NCBI GenBank assembly: GCA_051362555.1
Contig: CM120646.1
Location: forward strand, 20,584,001 to 20,648,000
Origin: Lingula anatina
Taxonomy: Eukaryota; Animalia; Brachiopoda
Length of the DNA stretch: 64,000 bases
Direction: 5' to 3'
Shown: positions 12,208-27,292 of the stretch, piece after piece
Numbering within the stretch: position 1 is the first letter of the stretch
Layout of the letters: each line of letters opens with the position of its first letter
Program-made: the position numbers and the translations under genes
The notes under the pieces: generated by a model
The model's database searches: none
Seen by the model: the letters and a program-made list of their open reading frames with translations, nothing else
What the model was told of the DNA's origin: nothing

Positions 12208-15200
12208 GGAACCCCCCTTGAAATACTCCCCTTGAAATACTCCTGGATCCGCCCTTGTAGGACTACAGTAAACAAAGAGACGAAAGTTTAGAATATCAGC
12301 ATATTTATGCTCATATGTATTAGGGATTCTGTGGTTTAAAAAAGAAGTCAGCTAGCTTAATTTTAAGAGATATCACTTTAAGTAGCCACTGTTGTAAAAT
12401 TGTTTTTAAAAATGATAATATTGGCATTTAAGGTGCAATTCAGACATTATTTTCAGAGTCAAAAGTTTGAAAAAAAATGTGAATTTGTTCAAATTCATTA
12501 ACTGGAACTGCCTCCAACGCGTTTTACTCATTTTAAAGGCATCAATCAAAGCTTTTAATGAATATTTTGACAACTTAAAAAATAATTTGATTCGGAATAC
12601 ATTTATGAAAAACGTAGGGTCTTGGTTTTGTTCCAATACATCCCAGGCAACAGCAAAGTTAACACATTTTAATGTTTTAATTTTTAAATCAAAATGGAAT
12701 AATGTAGCTTCTGAATCTCTCCGTCACTAAAATAGTTATTCTGTCCTTTTGTGTCGTCATCTTATTATTACTCCAACTGCGAACTACTCATTTGCCCAAT
12801 TATACCGTCCATGCCTAGTTGGGGAGTGATCCAAGGAAGCGTCAGTCTTGCGTACTTTAGACGGCGATTTTGGTCTTGGTGCAACGGGTGTAAGCAGGGA
12901 AGGTTAACCTGGCGTTGCGGTTTACGACAGTCGTAACCAAGCAATTTAACGCCCCGTTGGTGCAACCGGGCCAAGCTTACTAATAGTCGCGGTATCTGTC
13001 CTTTTTCTACTCCGCATTTAAAAAGCCACTTTAAGTCCAAGCTTTATGGTTGCCAATACTAACGTTATTATCATTTTAATGGAATCAAATTAGTACGCAT
13101 AACACTGTCCCGGTGTAACGTTACAGAGAGTCCCCCGTGTAAAAGAGTCCGCTTACCATTCATTTGTACAGGTAGGCCTCGCCCTAGATTTTAACCCAGT
13201 GAGGTCAGGCGTACCCTAACCATCATAACCCAATGAAGAGTGGACTTTCTGTTACACGGACCTTCACTTTCGTTTTTTCACTCGGACTAAGTTGAAGGAC
13301 CCTAGTGATGAACCGCATGTGCACAAAATCCTTCTTACTGCGCACCATATCACACACGGATCACGAGTGAAGATCCTCAATGAGAGCTTTCTATTGGAGT
13401 AAAACATTGTCCACGTGACCGAAATATCACCAGAATGCGTGTCGGCAGCAAATCAAGTTCGGTCTAATTTGACATATCACCACAACGTTCACGTGAAAGA
13501 AGATTGTCACGTTTTATCACTGGTTGGTTAACATTGTCATTGCGGAAGCGGTGGACCTCGCCTGCCCTGAGTTGCGGGGGTTGTCACTGTAAACTTACCT
13601 CTATGAACCATTCCCAGACCCCTACGAACTTTGGAACTATCTATCTCCTAGGGGATTCTCGCTTAATTGCAATCAACTTAAGCGGCTTGTATATAATTTT
13701 TATCATTGTTTTTTTTACATTTTATCATTGCAGTTAACTTTATGAAAATAATGCTTTCCTTTTTTGTAAACTCAATTTCAATGCTTGTCAAAGTAAGCTA
13801 CCTTGTACCCTTGGCCTCTGTACGTGTTACTGAGTCACAGCGTGATATTTGAGTCTTATTCCGTTCTCTCTCTCTCTCTCTCTTTTTTTTTTCTAAACAT
13901 GTTATTCTTCAACTTCAAAACACCCCATAGCCTTAGAAACAGATAAAATAGCAGCCTTGCTCAAAACGTTAATAAATCTTCCCACAGTGTTAAGTACTAG
14001 TTATGCAGGTAACTCAACTTGGTTTGAGGCGCCGATATTAAGAAAAATGTGTCTTGTGTCGTCTGTTTACTATATCATGTTTATTGCTATGATCATGACT
14101 ATTAAGGGTATGGGTAGTCGGTAACTTGTAGAAGATTTGGAAAAAAAGTATATCTTTTTTATATACTAAGTAGAGTGTTTTTGCGCATGAGGCAGGACGT
14201 TTGGAGTTGACACCACACGACCGATCATCATAAAGGAGACAAAGAAAATCTGCTTTTTCATAATGTAGAAGCCTGTTTTGTATACCTGGAAAATATGGTA
14301 TTATGTTAATGTGCACGTAAGTCCCACGTAGTTGCCCTCATCTTTTATACAACAGAAGAAGCAAACTAATCATCTAAAGCCCAGAGATCAGAGAAGAAAG
14401 GGAAAGAGGCTAGTTAAGATGCTAAATCAATAGTGCCATTGGCGGACCCTCCCCCCCACCCCCCACCCCCCATCCACTTTAAGAATTCCACCGATATGCC
14501 ATATCCAAAGCGAAGGAAAGACCGAATCGAATGCTTACAGAAGGATTATCCAGTGACAATTTACTTTCGAGAGGAAAATCTTCCCATCGTAATATCCCGG
14601 GTATTGCAACGGATAACAATAAGGGCATCATGTCTAAAAGTTAACAGAGAATGAGCGAGTATATGCATGTCTTTTGATTAAAGATCTATAATTCGAATAT
14701 CATTGCCAACTCAGCGCTTTTACTGTCATCTTATCATCATATCTTGTAACAACCCATTTTTAACATATCTTTTTATTTCATCTCCGTAAAATACGAGAAA
14801 CATATGAATTAACGGAAGAAATAGCAGGAGAAATCACGCGAAAATGAGTGCGATGTAAGGCATATGTTTTAACATATGCATTGCAATTTGTACTCAATGC
14901 GAAAAAAAATAATAAAACGAAGTATAGCGCCAATGACATTATCGAGCTAAACCTTTATCTGATTTAAGTATTATATTTATGATCATGATCATAATTTATT
15001 TATTGTCTTAATTAAAATGATAAATTCCTTTCATAATTACCATTTTTACTTTTATTTATATTTACTTTGTGGTAGAATTTTTAATACCGATCAGTTGGAT
15101 CGCTAGCTACTGGACATTGATTTCACAAGGTCAACCAGCTGATGTCAGGTTGCATTTCATCTAATGGGACTTTGACATCTTAACTCTCGCAACCCCATCT

Positions 15201-17598
15201 TTGTCGTGTTTAGGCAGCCGTGGTTAACATTGGGAAGATGTTGTCACGGAGAGCGTATAATGCTTTTAAAGCTTTGCCTCCGTTTCTCTCGAGTAAACTT
15301 TGTTTATAAACAACGTAAATAAGACGATATTGACATAGGTTTCTTTTGACAATTCACAGAAAATTCAACGAACCAGTATCTTATTAATTAATTAATTAAT
15401 TTAAAGTTCTTATTTATCAAACTGTACAACTTGCATCTAGAGTATTTTACAGAGGGCTAGCGTAGTTTGGTGTTTAAAAAAGATTTCCAGTGTCATATTT
15501 ATTTTTTACTAGTTTCATCTTTCATTTTGGCATTTCCGCCACCTTCAAAATAACAACTCACCGAAATATTTACGCTCTCGAATCGTGACATGGCTGCCTA
15601 ACGTACACAAGTATGATATATTTGACAGTGACAAGAAAAAAAAAAAAGCAAAGCATGATAGACATGCAAGTGGACCAGAGAAAGCATAGAATAATGGGAC
15701 CGTTGTTCGTTTCAGTGATCTTGCCTTAATTTATCAGGTAAAAGTTTGGAAAGACGCTGCCCCGGTGAATTTGGCAACACTATGACGGTATGCGACAGAC
15801 AAACATTACAATCACGCACTAACTGTTGACGCAAGTGCAAATTTGTTTTCGAGGGGTAATTCGAATGAATAATTATTTTTTTTAAGTTTGTGAGAAAATG
15901 ATGCACCTACCATATAACATTAGATGCAGCTTGGTTACTGGTCTACCACTTATCCTCACAAGATAATCAGCAAAACTTGAAAAAATCGCTCTAAAGACAA
16001 TAAAAAAAAATAATGCATGCATGCGACAAGCATACTCGAATGCTTTATCAGCATCTTCCTGACATATACTCGTCTTGAATTGTTGTTGACTCTTAAGAAT
16101 ATTTTCATTAAGTTTTTCAACGTTAGAATGAACAACCCAACATTTTGACAGGTAAACACACAATTTAATGACAGATTTATTTCGCAAAAACAAATTAAAA
16201 TATCATTATCTGCGTCTTTCATATAATCTTCAAGGTTGTCAGTATTTGTACATCCAGTGTTTACCCGGTTGCTGGCCTATGTAAATATTCAACGGACAAT
16301 GCCACACTGCTAAAGTTAAGGGCATACAATCAGCGCCTTCTTTTTTTCTGCAGGTTGTCACTTTACATGCAAATAATAATCACACAGACAGGGACATTTA
16401 AACAACCAAAGAGGTCAAAATCTGAACTATAACATGGGTAAATTGAGGCCGTCTTCTGGGTCTTCCGGAAGACTGTCAGATTTTCAAGTTTACATTGACT
16501 AGTATCTAATTTTTTTCTGTCGGAAGACGGTCAAAATGGAGGATGGATCAGCAAAGATAATTTGGAAGACTGTCAGAAAATATCTCAGGATCCCCCCGTA
16601 TATAATATATTTTTCAACAAAGGTCGGTGTACGATGTCGGTGATGTTTTATCCCGTGAAAAATCTATTTTAGCCAACCTGCATGAGGACAAAATAGTAGT
16701 TTCAGGGTGCCACATTATAATCTTGAGGGCGTCGTTTGTTCGAAATTTTTTTTTAATTGTAGCGTTCTAGGTCATTTACGGACATATTTACGGACAGTCT
16801 GGGAGCGTACTGCACGAGTGAAACAGTATGGGGGATCAGAAGTGTGAAATACGACATACTGAATTGAGGACACATACTGTACCCAACAGATAACCAGAAC
16901 TATACACGTTTTGCTTTGGAGACCATTCATGTCAGGGCCCTTTAAAGGTATAATCAAATGCAGCTTCGTGTAAATGTAGTCGCGGTGCACTTAAAAATTC
17001 TTCACCTTTGTTAGTGTTATGGATATTGAAGGCAAAGAGCGGGGGGGGGGGGGGGTTCTGGTGGCTGAAAGTCTACAGTGTAAAATGAACGTGTCATTTG
17101 AAATCGTCGCCCTTGGAGTGTGCTTGGTTTGTTAATTTCCAAGAATCAGACGTATCCGTATCAGACTGTCATCAGTAAATTTACTGAAATATGCGCGTTC
17201 TGGGCCACGTGATCATCCACGACGAGGGCCGGAAGCCGTATAATAATATGCGGATGTTAAAAAAAAGATATCGTGACGTTGGCATTCATTACTTCAGATT
17301 TGTACTCATTTTTTTCATAGATGTCTCACTGATGACGGCGACCAGCGAGAGACCGCATAACCAATCCGGATACTTTAAACCCACAGAGTACACCGTGTAG
17401 TAGATATGTTATAAATAGAAACGGCTTACGCACTTTTTTGTGTTAATATCTTCTCTTTGTTAAAGAAGAGGGAGCTTTCGTGTCCAGAAAGTACAGCGAC
17501 GACTTTTCATCTCAGTGGTGTTGGCTTGCAAGGAGCTGGCGTGTTTTCTTTCCCACCTGGATTTGGTCAACATTTGATCATTTGGATTTCGACATACG

Positions 17599-19738
17599 AT
17601 GACCACCGGAGAAGAGAATTCGGACAAAAAGATGACGGTAAGGCTCTTACAAAGCTGACTTTTTTACAATCTGTATATTTACCGTGCAACCAATCTTTAT
17701 TGCTACTAGCACATCTTTTCAAACTCTATGACCTAACAATCATATATAATACAATAATTACACATGCTATATACTGTAGATACGAGTACATGCACATTAA
17801 CATACATTATATCAGCAAGTAGTGCATGTGCATATTAAGATTTGGGCACTACAAGAAACTACACAACATATAATTTTGAAAATATGATATTATATAAATT
17901 ATAGTATTAAGTCAAGAGCTGCATGTAGCCTATAGGGCCTACCCATGTAGCTATCGTATGCGTGATACAGTAGCTCTATTGTTCACTAAAAGTGATACAC
18001 CTGCAGGTAGGTCTGATTTTGTAGAAAGTAATGAACGTTATTTTAGATTCCATCTATTACTATGTACATCTATACGTATAGTCTTAATGGTGTAGAGTTC
18101 ATCGCGAAATTTATATGCATTGCCACGATAGGTTAAGTTTAGGACGCAGGGTTGCAGGGTTAGGATCAGTGTTCACAGTAAGCCGTCCTAGTACCCCCTC
18201 CCTGCCGGCTTCCCGCCCCCCCCCCCCGCTTCCCCTCTCTCCCTCCCTCTCTCTATCTCTCTATCCCTATTTATTTCCCTGTCCAAGTTCAAAGAACAAG
18301 AACCTCCCGTCTCTCCCGCTTTCCCTCCCTCCCTCTCTCTATCCCTATTTATTTCCCTGTCCAAGTTCAAAGAACAAGAACCTCCCGTCTCTCCCGCTTT
18401 CCCTCCCTCCCTCTCTCTATCCCTATTTATTTCCCTGTCCAAGTTCAAAGAACAAGATCCTCGCGTCTCCCCTGCCTCTCCTCCCTCCCTCTATCTCTCT
18501 TTATTTCCCTGTCCAAGTTCAAAGAACAAGTGCGCCATTCGAAAGTTACACCTGAGGATTGGCGCACACTTTTACCCACCCCGAGAATCATATATGTGAC
18601 GCTGTCATTTTAACAGGAGTTCATTTATACCGGTACCTGTCGTCTTAATATTGTGTCACAATGACATGCAGGGTTCCTGTGCCCTTTACGGAAACATTCC
18701 TATCATGACGCATTCATAAATGAAGACTGGTGCCAATCGCAGTATAGACATGTTACGTGTATAAATTTACATGTGCCGCCGGCGGGTGATTTCGCATGTC
18801 ATGTAATGTCGGAACTGAATTTGTATTTTAATATTCTTTCCTAGAGGACTTCTCGTTAGTCTGACTAATGCTAAAATTACGACAAGACAGCGCAATGAAC
18901 GTCCGGCTACTCTAGAGCCAAATCCGCGCATATTTTAACAGGTGCTTCAAACCATTTAATGTAATGACACGGGGTTCATCTCATAGAGGGCTAGTTGGCA
19001 TTTCGCTTTGACAAAGTTGCGGTGTTAACGGTGCGTAAAACACTTAAATATACGACATCAAATGAACTCTGAATATGAAGGTTCATTAGGAATTCCGCTC
19101 AAATAAAAAAATTGCTGTTTCTCGACTTATTATTCCCAAAAGAAAGTGAATGACAAGTCATATAAAAAGCCGTTTATTATTATAATTTAGTTAATTTTCC
19201 AAAATGTAATATATTCTGGAAAATTCTTTGCATCATTATGCGGTTGGTTAACCACAGGCAAAAAAAAAGGAGAGACACAATGCCTCATGAACGTGATCAG
19301 AAGCTAAGGTAAGAAAAGGCTACCATTTCTTAAACATCGTAAATAAACTGTTTGCGCTTCTTTACTTTTAAAAGCAAATTCTAGATTGTACGACGATACA
19401 AATTAAGCTATGTTCTCAATGCTTTTTTTTTTTTTAGCTTGGTCAACTTAACATATAAAAGAAACAGGTGTATGGCGACACCAACAAATCCTGCAGTCAG
19501 ATTTCCATTTTATAAATCTCTCGTAGACCAAGTTACCTTGTTTAATGCTTCAAAGAGCAAGCGAATAAAGAACGCATCGTAACAGCATGAGAAGATATGG
19601 AAAAAGTGCAAAATATCTGTTTTTTTATTTAACTCTCATGCATGGCACGTTTCCCGTGGAGATGCTACTAAGTTAGGAAGAGGCGTTAGGAGTCCTGACG
19701 TATATGCAGTAAAAGAAATCACACAAATTATCTTTATC

Positions 19739-19773
<35 letters not shown>

Positions 19774-22700
19774 CTCTGTCCGTCTGTCTGTCCGTCTGTC
19801 TGTTGGTATTTCTGCTGTTCTGCCTGTCACCAATGACGCTGCATTTCATGCCCCCCCCCCCCCCCCATTCTACCATTTTTTTCTATTCATGATTTGAATG
19901 GAGTTAAATGAGTTTAGCCTGCTAGTTGTAATAAGGAGTGACTGAGTTAGCCCTTCATTAATTTCTGGTTTCGTCTATTCATTTTGTATTTATTTCCTGA
20001 AAAGGTCGCAATTGTCGCCATCCAGCGGTGACACAAATTAGGGAAAAACTTAATAATGAAATAGGGAAAGAAAACGATGTAGTTTCATCCAGAGAAAGTT
20101 ATAAAAAAATGACAATGTACTTTCCCCTCTAGGGTACAGGCCGGGGAGGGGGTTCCGGGGGTTCGAACTTTGCTGGGAAAAGGTCCACTTATGAGTCAAA
20201 TTTTGTCTAGATACACAAAAGTAAAAGGTACACTTTTTCAAAAAAAAAAAAATTGCTGGCTACGGGCCTGAGGTTACATATTGTTCTGGGAAGGAATAAA
20301 TGTGAGGTCGGAGCGGTGATAATGATAAGCACGTACAAAGACCATGAATTCTTTACTTTATGTTTTAGGAGAATGGAGAGGGCGGTTATGCCAATCCTGC
20401 TTTTGATGAAAACCAGGTAAAGTACCACATAATTTTATCAAATGGAGACACTGAATAGGCATAAAACACAATGATATATTCAGCTGATAAGAAACGTGTT
20501 TCACTACAAAGTATACTGACTATGAATTGAAAAAAATACTTTAAATAAACCTATAAAAATATAGCTTCTAAATCCCAAGTCGCGACAGTCTGACGGTCGG
20601 GCAGAGAGACAGTGAAACAATCGGACAGAACAAACAGACAGACAGACAGACAGGTTGACGATTGACCGCAGGACTAACGAACAAATGAACGCATTTGTAT
20701 GACATAACAAATGCCGCAAAGGGCTCTATATTAAATAACATTTGAACAACTGTCACGTCGAGTTATATATGCTATTCCAAAATAATTTTATTTTATGTTT
20801 TTGCAGAGGGAAGATGTCGTAGGCGACAGGGGTGAAAAGGAAGAAGACCCCTGGGAGCTTCCCGAGTTAAAGGAGACGGGAACCCCTTGGTCTGGTGAGT
20901 GCAGCGTGATGGCAGGGAATACAGACACAAGGATGTAGATTATTTTTTGTTCCACGTACATGACGATGAATTTTGACGCTCACCGATGGGTCAAAAGCGG
21001 TAACCTTCGGCGTCGGCCAATTATCCCAGCTTTGGGTCGAACCTCACCCAAAGTCAATAACGGTATATTGGGGTTGGGTTAATCTACACTGGTGACGTAA
21101 CCGCAGGCGCGTAGCCAGGGGGGGGTGGGGGTGGGGGAGGGGGTTTCGGCGTCGGTCAGTTATCCCAGTTTCGGATCGAATATCATCATTAATTGTATAT
21201 TGCGTTAGATTAATTTCCACTGGTGTCGTAACAGGGTGTTACGTGTACCGCTGTGGTTTGAAGATTTGGTTAATTTTACCTAACTTGATAATATCTTTCA
21301 GAAATGAAAGGGTTAAGTTATGTAGGCTACAATGATGGTTAGCCAGAAAACCACAAAAATTTGTGAAAAGTGAAATACATCTCTTTTTTAAGGATACATG
21401 TAGGCCTTGCCTGCTATTTGGCAATATACGTAAATGTCATGTAAATGTATTACTTTAAATGTCTTTGTTTAGCGTCTGTTTACGAGCCATCCTTTATGTC
21501 TGAAAATCCTATTCGTCACGCTTACTGAAAGTTATTTTCAACTCTTATAATTTGCTTAACTCAATTAACTTTATTTTTCAAGAGCTGACGTGCGGTGGCA
21601 AAATCACACGTGTGCTTGTTGTGACCCTGAAGTTGTGTCTTCTACTTTTCCTCTTGTACGTCTTCATCTGTTCACTTGACTTCTTGAGTTCAGCGTTCCG
21701 CTTGCTGGGAGGTAAGTTATAAAAACGTACAGCTCTTTATTGCCAATCATAACCATGGGAGGTGATTTACATTCAGTTTAAACAGTATAAAATAAGACAG
21801 TTAATGAAGAATGTTTCTAAACAAATAGTCATTATTCCAACATGGTCAATGAAAACTGTTATTTGTAAACTTAGAAGATACCTAAAACTTCATCGTTTTT
21901 CCTATTTTTTCTACGCATTTTCAGATGTCTAAACACCTACTCCTGATGGAAATTGCATAACATGTTCTACTTCAAAATTCACTTTCTTTCAAACCGAATA
22001 CTGCATGTGCACTCCTTTTCCCCCTTCAGCCCCCACACCTTAAATATAAAGGGAACAGTATGACTAGATTCGTGACAACATCACGTTATTTTCTATTCCC
22101 ATGACTTGCATGTTATACAGTTAGTAAAATGTCTTTAGCTACTTTAATAGTATTAATCATTTTTATCCATTTCTATATAATTGTATATTTTTATCTTCGT
22201 GTCTTCGTACCCCAACCCCACCCCCACTTAAAAAACCCTAGATCTGCCCCTATAACACCGATTTTAATATTAATTGTTTTGTGTTTTTATCTCTGGCACC
22301 AGGCAAGGCAGCGGGAGAAGCTTTCTCCCAGAATGAAATACTTGCCAACCCTGTGGCGGGCCTGATGATAGGCCTGCTGGCCACCGTCCTGGTCCAGAGC
22401 TCCTCGACCTCTACATCCATCATCGTGTCCATGGTGGGCTCAGGAAGTGAGTATCAGATGTCAGGATTGGGTTGTTACCTCTGCCGTATAAAAATTGTTT
22501 TCGTGGTTATCAGTGTTGGTTTGTCTGTCACGTAGTGGATGTATAAGATATCTTGAAAACTTCATAAATTTTGACCATAATATTTAAGATTATAGACACA
22601 GTTATTTGGAAGAAAAATATACAGTCAATATTTTCTGTTAAATCCGGGTCTCTTTACATTCTATAACAATTCTCCTTTCTGTTATCCCGTTCGGCAGTTG

Positions 22701-25620
22701 TTGTTTTTTTTTCCTTGGTGGAGGTCCACGTTCTTGGAGTGCTCTTGATTTAAAAAGACGAGTTTTATTTATGCAACAAGCATAAAGTGAATTGGCCCAG
22801 TAATGACCAAAGACAATGCTCAGTGTTTAACTCTGTTGTGTTAAGTCAAGGCAGGGGCATGTGTGACGCCATGGGACCTGTTTCACTTAAAGTCTAATGA
22901 GTTTTTGGGGTAAAATCTTTGCTTAGTAGTTTGCATTTTACTAAGAATAACAAAATGTTTTGTGAAATTTACTAAGGTAAGATTCGAGATGACAATTATC
23001 GCGTAAGGTTAAACACATTTTTGTTTATTCTTAACACGTGTCTTTTAATTTTGTAGTTCTTGGTGTAAAACAGGCGATTCCAATAATAATGGGGGCCAAC
23101 ATCGGCACGTCCGTCACCAACACCCTGGTGGCAATGACCCAGGCAGGGGACAAGAGCGAGTTCAGAAGAGCTTTCGCCGGAGCCACAGTCCATGACATGT
23201 TCAACTGGTTGACCGTGATCATTTTGTTACCGATAGAGGCCATATTTCGTAAGTAAAGCCAAGCGAATGCACCCCATCGTGGCTATTTTGCTACCGCGCT
23301 GTGATGTAACAGTGACGTATTAGCTACGACATGGACACGTGACGCCACGTGGAGTTTTTACTTTGTCATTAGGTGAAGACAGTCCATGTACATTAACCAA
23401 TTGTATACATATAAAACGAGAATAAGGTGCACTTCGCACATTATAAAAACAGATGATAAAAAAATTCTTGATAACGGCTTTGGTTCTGCACCAATGCATT
23501 GTTTTCCTTCGCATGGGTTGGTGTCAGTTTCCGGAGGTCTGCAAAACAACATGTTGACCTCGCCTTAGGCCTTAATTTGACCATATCAGTTTAAATGCCT
23601 GTCTTCCTCTGTATTTCAGATCCTCTGTATTACATGACCCTTGCCATTATCAACTCTCTTGGACTTAAGACGAACAAAAACGCCAACCCCGAGCTGCTGA
23701 AGGCGCTTACAAAACCTTTTGTCAAACTTATCATTCAGGTGAGCACCACCACCATCCTCCAACACTAACATCTATAGCTGGTGATGATAACAAACACCGC
23801 AGATTATTTTTTTATACAGGACTGGAAACTTTATATACTCTGTTCATCGTCACAGTTGTTACGATGCTTACTGATAAAACGTATATCGAGTAATTAAATG
23901 CACTGCGCACTCCTCACTCAGCAAACGACTGCGTATCTTCATTTGATTTTCAGGTTGACAAGAAAACCATAACAGCCATTGCCAAAGGTTCTGACACCGA
24001 CGGCCTTAGAATCATGAAAATGTCCTGCAAAACCGGAAATAAAATTCCCAAGGGTTATCGTACCTTCGCGGACATTGTCGCCACGCAGGCAAACTTGACC
24101 TCGGCGCCCTCTAATATTACTGATGCATCCAGCAATGCCACTACTACTATTACATCAGTGACAGCGCCGTTAGTTGCAGGCGGTAATTCTTCTCACGGTT
24201 GGAACGAGACTCACATATGGGGGCTGGGAGACGAGAAAGAAAAATGTGAGTCTATGTGAATTCGTAATAAAAAAAGAAAAATGCCTCAAGCTTGCATTAA
24301 TTGAAAGAGAACCTTTGGACGCTTCTTTTGAATACCAATTTTTATCGCATTTGTAAACATTAACTGAGCAAACGTTTACTGACGTTTACATTTTATATAT
24401 GTGTATATATGATATAATTATTATATTATATACAACGCTTTTAAAATGTCTTATTAAGATATATTAATTACTGTTAGTTTTCAACTAGTGGTTCATCGGT
24501 ACAACGTGTATAGGCCTTTTGTAGCTAGATGACTAGAATTTCACGAAGCTCATTATAAACTCACTCAAAATTGAAAAATTAATATTTCGATAATTTTTTC
24601 AAAAAATTCAAATTAAATATTGAAATGTTCAGAAGTATTCGGAAGTAAGTAATGGTGATTATTGTCATTTTAGGTACATATATATTCCGCGGACTGGCTG
24701 ACGTCTGGTATGATGAAGCCATCGGGGCCCTGCTGCTGGTTATAGCTCTGGTGATACTCTGCGTCGTTCTAGTATGCATAGTCAAACTTCTACACTCCAT
24801 GCTTCAAGGAAGAATAGCCATTCTCATCAGGAAAGTCATCAACGCCGATTTTCCCGGCAAATTGGCCTGCCTGACGGGGTACGTCGCAATTATCTTTGGG
24901 TGTCTGATGACAATCCTGGTTCAGAGTTCGTCTATATTCACGTCTGCCCTGACTCCACTGGTTGGGGTGGGTGTAGTGAAAATCGAAAGGATGTACCCAA
25001 TGACCCTTGGCTCCAATATTGGTACCACAGTCACCGCCATATTAGCGTCGCTTACACAAGGGAAAGAAGACCTGCCCAATGCTCTTCAGGTCGCATTTTG
25101 TCACTTATTTTTCAACATCTTTGGGATTTTAATTTGGTTTCCTGTGCCAATGATGAGAAAAGCACCGATTTCTTTGGCAAAGTTCTTGGGGAACACCACA
25201 GCAAACTACCGATGGTTTGCGGTCATTTATATAATTCTGATGTTTTTCATATTCCCTGGAATTGTGTTCGCGCTGTCAATCCCAGGATGGTATGTGATGG
25301 TTGGAGTGTTGGGTCCAATCGTCCTCATCCTCATCGTCGTCTTGATCATTAACGTCCTGCGAAAGCGGAAGCCGGAATGGCTGCCGGGAAGGCTCCGCAC
25401 GTGGCAGTGGTTGCCCCTCCCACTTCGTTCTCTGGCGCCATACGATAGGCTGATTGTTAGAGCGTGCTGTTGCTGCAAGTGCTGCGATCGGTGCAAAAAT
25501 AAGGACGACGTGGAAAGCGCTGATCCTGGTAACATCGACGATGGAGGCGAATACAGGAACAAAGACAGTTTTAATGTCACCGCATCACAGGACCATCTTG
25601 TTGAAACCACAAAATTTTAA
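17599..25620 (+). CDS. SLC34A: Sodium-dependent phosphate cotransporter, SLC34/NaPi-II family (SLC34A2-like), ~665 aa
   Basis: Exons 17599..17637 (first exon less certain), 20369..20416, 20807..20894, 21583..21711, 22303..22446, 23057..23248, 23620..23738, 23954..24245, 24674..25620 total 1998 nt in frame. Motifs EDPWELPEL, both QSSS repeats ([11 protein letters not shown]; [11 protein letters not shown]), [16 protein letters not shown], a Cys cluster RACCCCKCC and a C-terminal TKF. Confidence 0.95.
18255..18530. repeat. ~78-bp tandem repeat (~3.5 copies) in the SLC34 intron
   Basis: The unit TCTCTATCCCTATTTATTTCCCTGTCCAAGTTCAAAGAACAAGAACCTCCCGTCTCTCCCGCTTTCCCTCCCTCCC is repeated. It explains ORFs 18115..18555 and 18188..18448. 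Confidence 0.9.
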
Positions 25621-27292
25621 AGATTAAGATTTTCAAAAAACTTTTCCAGAGGATAAGACCAATTAATGAAAATCTGAAGCTGATTTGCTTTGATATTGGT
25701 TGGCAATAGTTTTCGGGAAAAAATACCGATTTTCAGATGCAATTTTTAAAAATTACAGAAAGGAAAAGGAAATAAGTGAAATATATTTCTATATTTCTAA
25801 TTATTTCACATAAATACAACACACACACACAAAAAAAATACCAAATGGGTAAAAAGTGTAACTAAACATCACAGGCCTTTAGTGTTTTAATGTGAACTCA
25901 CTTATTGTCCCGCGCAAAATAAATCCGGATTCTTTTCTGGCTAGGCAAATCCATGAAGCACAGTTAAATTGTGCAGGTGAATAGGTCGTATTCTACACTC
26001 CAGTTGCTCATATCACGCAGAATATAGGTGCAGATAACTATGGTGTATATAATGGTCGTGAATGTAAATAGTGTACGGCTTTTTTTTAAAGAATTTCTAT
26101 TTTTATAATCATATTCAGACTGCAGTGCAAAACAAGTTCATGGGTAAATTTACTGTTTAGAACTAGACGAATTATTATCCAGAAACGTGTTATAGCTTCC
26201 AATTTTCTTAAAATAACTTTTTATCTCTCAGGTATGTTATGTATGACGTGTGTTGCAAACATGCATTTTAATTGCACTAAGAATGCAGAGAAATGGTGTA
26301 GTGAAACAGTTCATATGGTGTTGTGGGCGTTTGCGTACCGGTTGAGCAATGGCCGATCACGTAGTGCTAAATTATTGTGATATTTTGAAAATTCCTTGAA
26401 GCTTTTTAGTACGTATCATATCCAAACAATGTCCTCGAAACCTGTTTATATATGTTTTGTGTGTACATATTTGCATATATATTGGATGTATATAAAAATT
26501 TAAATAGTCAAATAATTTTAAATAATAAAAATTATTTTATAATAATATAAGAAAAATAAATAAAAAGAGTTAGGGTAATTGGTAACTTTGGTTACTTTGT
26601 TTAATTTCTTATGGATTTGACTGTTTTAATAAGATATCTCTACAATATACCGCCTTTTAATTACGCCAGCTGAGTTAATGTCACTTTTCAGCTATTCATT
26701 ATACGAGATGTGCCAGGCATTTCTCCAAAAAAAAAATCTAAACGCAAAAAAATTATAATATTCAATCAATATCAGCCCAAAGAGGTATTGTAGTAAAAGT
26801 GAGACAGTTATATTTTTCTCAAGCACGTTTAGCTAGCACGTCGACAAGCTCATTTTCTTTATAAAAAAGTTCACCTTTTGTGAACTTCGGCAATCAAATA
26901 TGCATTGATCGATCACTCTAACAGTTTACAGCAGTAAATAAAGAAATCACCTTTTTCGCCAGAAATAATGAATAACAAACCTCTACATGTTTGTCACTGA
27001 ATACGCTTAATTGTTTGAGAATACCTATTCTGTAGCCTTGGGTACAACGGCTGTACCCCTGTATATAGATAAATTGCCCTTGAAATGGTTTGATGGCTAT
27101 TGCGCATGCGTAAACAATGTCAACTCTCCTTTCTGTTCTGATAGATTGGGTGTCATATAAATTAACCAGATATATACAGTATTATTGAGTAGTATGTAAA
27201 ATATGCTATTATTTCGGTAATGTAGTAAGGTAAATTTAAAAATAGTCCGGTACTAGTTTTATACCAAGATAGCGTCCATTCAGAACCAAAGA

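Noticed and set aside
19280-19308. ATG-containing exon (MPHERDQKL) as the SLC34 first coding exon
   Set aside because: It ends in phase 2, out of frame with the next exons (phase 0), and leads to an early stop. At most it is a uORF.
24774-25610. Overlapping ORFs 24774..25352 (+) and 25227..25610 (-)
   Set aside because: Shadow frames of the GC-richer SLC34 last exon with no protein-like features.
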